DNA of 63,730 bases, counting the filler, from Lenisia limosa (taxonomy: Eukaryota > Protista > Breviatea): the NCBI GenBank assembly GCA_001655205.1. It is 13 parts of 13 records of this genome, joined end to end, with 100 filler letters (N's around TTAATTAATTAA, not from the genome) between each part and the next. Parts side by side here need not be neighbours in the genome. Positions count along the whole stretch, not along the records: positions 60,290 to 62,148 come from LPNZ01003682.1; positions 62,249 to 63,730 come from LPNZ01007817.1; 11 more parts are not named here. One strand, 5' to 3'. Position numbers and translations under genes: made by a program. The notes beneath the pieces are model-generated. The model saw only the letters and a program-made list of their open reading frames with translations, made no database searches and was not told the origin of the DNA. Positions 60,589 through 63,730 of the stretch are shown here, one piece after another (within the stretch, counting starts at the first letter, position 1; every line of letters begins with the position of its first letter).

Positions 60589-62148
60589 CTTTGTGAGCGG
60601 GGAGAGGTCAATGCGCACAGTGTTGCCAAGTTCTGCGGGTGTGAAACCCCATGTAAAGTGTCGAATATGAAGGTAAGGGATTAGAGGAATGATAATAATA
60701 AGATGCAATTCAAGAAGCTAAGTGAAAACATGTATTAAAAGATGAGTAGAGTGGAAAAAAAAGAAAAAAAAAAGAAAAAAAAAAGAAAGCGAAAAAGTCG
60801 TGAAGATACACTCCCCACAAAGAAATAAAAAAATCCCGAGAAGAGGAGTAGCCCCCACCCCCAAGAGAAAAATATATATGCATAATAATATGTAATTATA
60901 TATTAGAGAAAAGAAATAAAACAAGATAATGGCCCCACCCACCAGCAATGAAGGAATATTGTGACGGCGGAGTTCCATACTCCTCTCCAAACGGCCGGTG
61001 AGTGATAACCAGCAGCAGCGGGAAGACCTAAAACAAGTCATTAAATAGAAGATAAAAGACCTAAAACATGCCCATTAAATAGAATGAAAAAAGACATCCT
61101 CTAACTATTTATATTTATCTTTAATTGTTCAGAAGGATTGAGAAATAAAACCAAAATATGTGGCTGCAGCCGTCTATATCAAGTTTATTGTAGGATATTC
61201 AAGTGGCATTCCTTCACTGAATTCTTTGTCTTACAACTCTGTGAGCATATCATTCAAAATCCCTGTGTTGAATCAAAACTTGGCTCTTATTCTCCCCAAA
61301 CCTGTGATGCTACTCCTTGGACAACTTCCCAGGTCAACGAGTCACCCCACTAAAATGGTGACGTCAAATATTACTGATGTAGCTAATGCAAATAGTAATG
61401 GGTTTCAGAAAGACAGCATACCATCACAATTATGCAAATCATATCTCACTATCTGATTATGAATTACAACAATCCAAATAGAGCAACTCCAATTGTTAAC
61501 ACTACTTTTACCGAGTATACTGTTCTTTGCCCAGACTTATAGATAAGAAATGAGTGTCATTTACAAATGAAACGATTCAGCAGGAGATGATGTGTACAAA
61601 GGTTATGATAATAGAGAGCTATGAGAAATAAAAAAATAAAGATGTATCTGGCCGAAGCTGTGATGATAATATCAATGAACCTTTAGATCGCGTCGCGAAT
61701 GTCCAAGTGACTCACCTGTAGATCATGCAGCACAATGAGAGTGGGCCGTGCATGGGCCAAGGACTGCACCAAATACGTCATAGCCGCGCGGGTCTGGGGG
61801 GGGNNNNNNNNNNNNNNNNNNNNNNNNNNNNNNNNNNNNNNNNNNNNNNNNNNNNNNNNNNNNNNNNNNNNNNNNNNNNNNNNNNNNNNNNNNNNNNNNN
61901 NNNNNNNNNNNNNNNNNNNNNNNNNNNNNNNNNNNNNNNNNNNNNNNNGGTGATCAAAAACAACGACTTTTTGCACAATATAAAAAAAAACATGACAAAG
62001 GCAAGAAGTACTTCCAACATATCATATGTATAAGAGTGAAGCCTGAGTAGTTCTACCGCAACCACAAACTTTCGAGATTCTGCCTCTGCCCGATAGTTGG
62101 CTGGTTGTGCTGTTGTCCGGGAGAGAAGTGCCCATAGCGCCGTTGAGG
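60589..62148 (-). CDS. STAND-type AAA ATPase region resembling soluble adenylyl/guanylyl cyclase-associated ATPases (partial)
   Basis: Spliced reading SLAHARPTLIVLHDLQ|WGDSLTWEVVQGVASQ|VFPLLLVITHRP...|ELGNTVRIDLSPLTK follows the AAA_16 pattern PlllvlDDlqWaD...llli.tRP...i.L.pL. Confidence 0.7.
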
Positions 62149-62674
62149 NNNNNNNNNNNNNNNNNNNNNNNNNNNNNNNNNNNNNNNNNNNNTTAATTAA
62201 TTAANNNNNNNNNNNNNNNNNNNNNNNNNNNNNNNNNNNNNNNNNNNNTCATTGGTGTTGTGCTACAATTATTTGAACCGCTCTCCTCAATTATTGATGG
62301 CGGTTATGGAGTGACATTACAGGCTCAGGTGATCACACTTATGCCAAACCCTCGGAGGAGAATATCCGGTATGCGAGGGGGGTGTAAGGAAGTATATACG
62401 AAGACACAGCAAGCTGTGTGAACAGAGTTGAAAATCAAATGATCGGGATCATTAATAGTATATTGTACTCTAATCCCATATCTCTAATTAGCGTGATGGT
62501 GCGACAATTTTTACCAATGTTATTCTCAAATAGGATAGATTGTGTGATAGTATATCAGTACACCTTCTAGTATATGACGGGCAGGACGAATTCGGCAATT
62601 TTGATACATACTGACACGTTTAATTCCTTGGTATTTCCATCTGGCTACTCCTAGTAAGTATATCACTGCACAGA

Positions 62675-63228
62675 GCACCGCCGAATCCAGCAGCACTTTT
62701 CGCTGCAATGCAGGCGGACGTTACATCTCAATTACTAAAAACACAGGTTGGGGATAGCACCGTTGGAACGTAGATAATTGATATGGTGGTGGACAAATAT
62801 CAACCAACAGAGCAGTTTTTTTTTACAAACGCTCAGCCGATATAGTTTTTTTTTTATTATTGTTTTTTTTTTTTTTNNNNNNNNNNNNNNNNNNNNNNNN
62901 NNNNNNNNNNNNNNNNNNNNNNNNNNNNNNNNNAAATTATATTTACCCCACCCCTCAGAAAGAACTGGAGCAAGCCAGGGAAGAGAACAGGCTTCTGCGG
63001 AATCAAATAGCCCTCCCCCTGCACAATGGGCCGCATTTGCTCACTGAGTCCATGTCAACCACGGCAATGCACTCCAGACGTGAGGGGGTTTGTATGCAGA
63101 CGTTGTCAGTTTTTTTTTGGTTTTGGTTTTGGTTTTCATACATTCCCCTTTTCAATCCCCCACTCCTCTTCTCATCCCTCCAGATCACCCATCCGCAATA
63201 TCACCAAGTCACTCGTTTTCGGGTCGAG
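62675..63228 (+). CDS. Unknown protein exons with a short coiled coil
   Basis: APPNPAALFAAMQADVTSQLLKTQ|...KELEQAREENRLLRNQIALP...|HHPSAISPSHSFSGR with GT-AG boundaries. Confidence 0.4.
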
Positions 63229-63730
63229 GTTAGCTTACCGGTTCATATTGTGTCTTATTCAGAAGATTCATAATTGTAATTGCGAATCATCATTTCATTT
63301 ACGTATTATTTTTAAGTCTAGCTATATGTACTTGAGCACACAGTATTGGCGAAAGTTTATGGCAACGCTACCCATATCTGAAAAGTGATAGACAAGTCTT
63401 ATATCAGAGCCGGATTTAATAGCCATTTAATATGTTGTTAAATGGTGCCATCTTTGAAATATGGTTTTCTCTAATATAATTTGAGTTTTAACATTGTTTA
63501 GAAAGCCTTCTTACCCCCATGGATGAGGTAATTGGGATGTTACATCATGTGATAGGTTTATGCCCGATTTGATATCATAGCATATTTATGTACACACATG
63601 TACAGTTTGTACATTGTATAGCTATATTATTATATTTGATATATCATACATAGTATACATAGCTTGAGGCTGTCACAATACGTTTGACGGTCTGTAAAAT
63701 ACCAACACGCATCGTTTACCCCCCCCCCCC

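Noticed and set aside
3872-62204. Twelve identical TTAATTAATTAA motifs as a biological repeat or array
   Set aside because: Each is centred in exactly 44+44 N and gives stops in six frames, so it is an assembly linker. Cross-spacer gene clusters are therefore not real.
1-63730. rRNA or tRNA genes
   Set aside because: No conserved rRNA segments or cloverleaf with T-loop/D-loop consensus was recognised by eye. A tRNAscan-SE or Infernal run would be needed to exclude them.

Overview
This is an intron-rich, AT-rich draft genome of a unicellular eukaryote. The gene content (FERM-LRR, ABCH-like ATPase, soluble-cyclase-type AAA domain) points weakly to an amoebozoan, which is inference only. The window is not one locus: twelve artificial 100-bp spacers (44 N + TTAATTAATTAA + 44 N) join 13 separate pieces, so gene adjacency across a spacer means nothing. 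The ORF track is mostly uninformative because exons are short, so I assembled genes by hand from GT-AG introns. Recognisable genes are NUP155, phosphoserine aminotransferase, thioredoxin, CLUAP1/IFT38, BUD23, and fragments of CFAP57, cytochrome b5 reductase, a FERM-LRR protein, POLE2, an SRF-type MADS-box factor, a LolD/ABCH-like ABC ATPase and a STAND-type AAA ATPase. Non-coding DNA is full of small repeats: a ~100-bp hAT-type MITE with 8-bp TSDs, a ~78-bp TA-flanked Tc1/mariner-type MITE, long foldback elements and two intron-resident repeat families. The best novelty candidate is a ~115-170-bp repeat family whose complete copies begin at a GT donor and end at a C-run/AG acceptor, i.e. a possible introner-like intron-generating element. 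There are also intronless, stop-riddled ORF relics whose stops fit C-to-T decay. All protein identifications come from recalled motifs; no database search was run.
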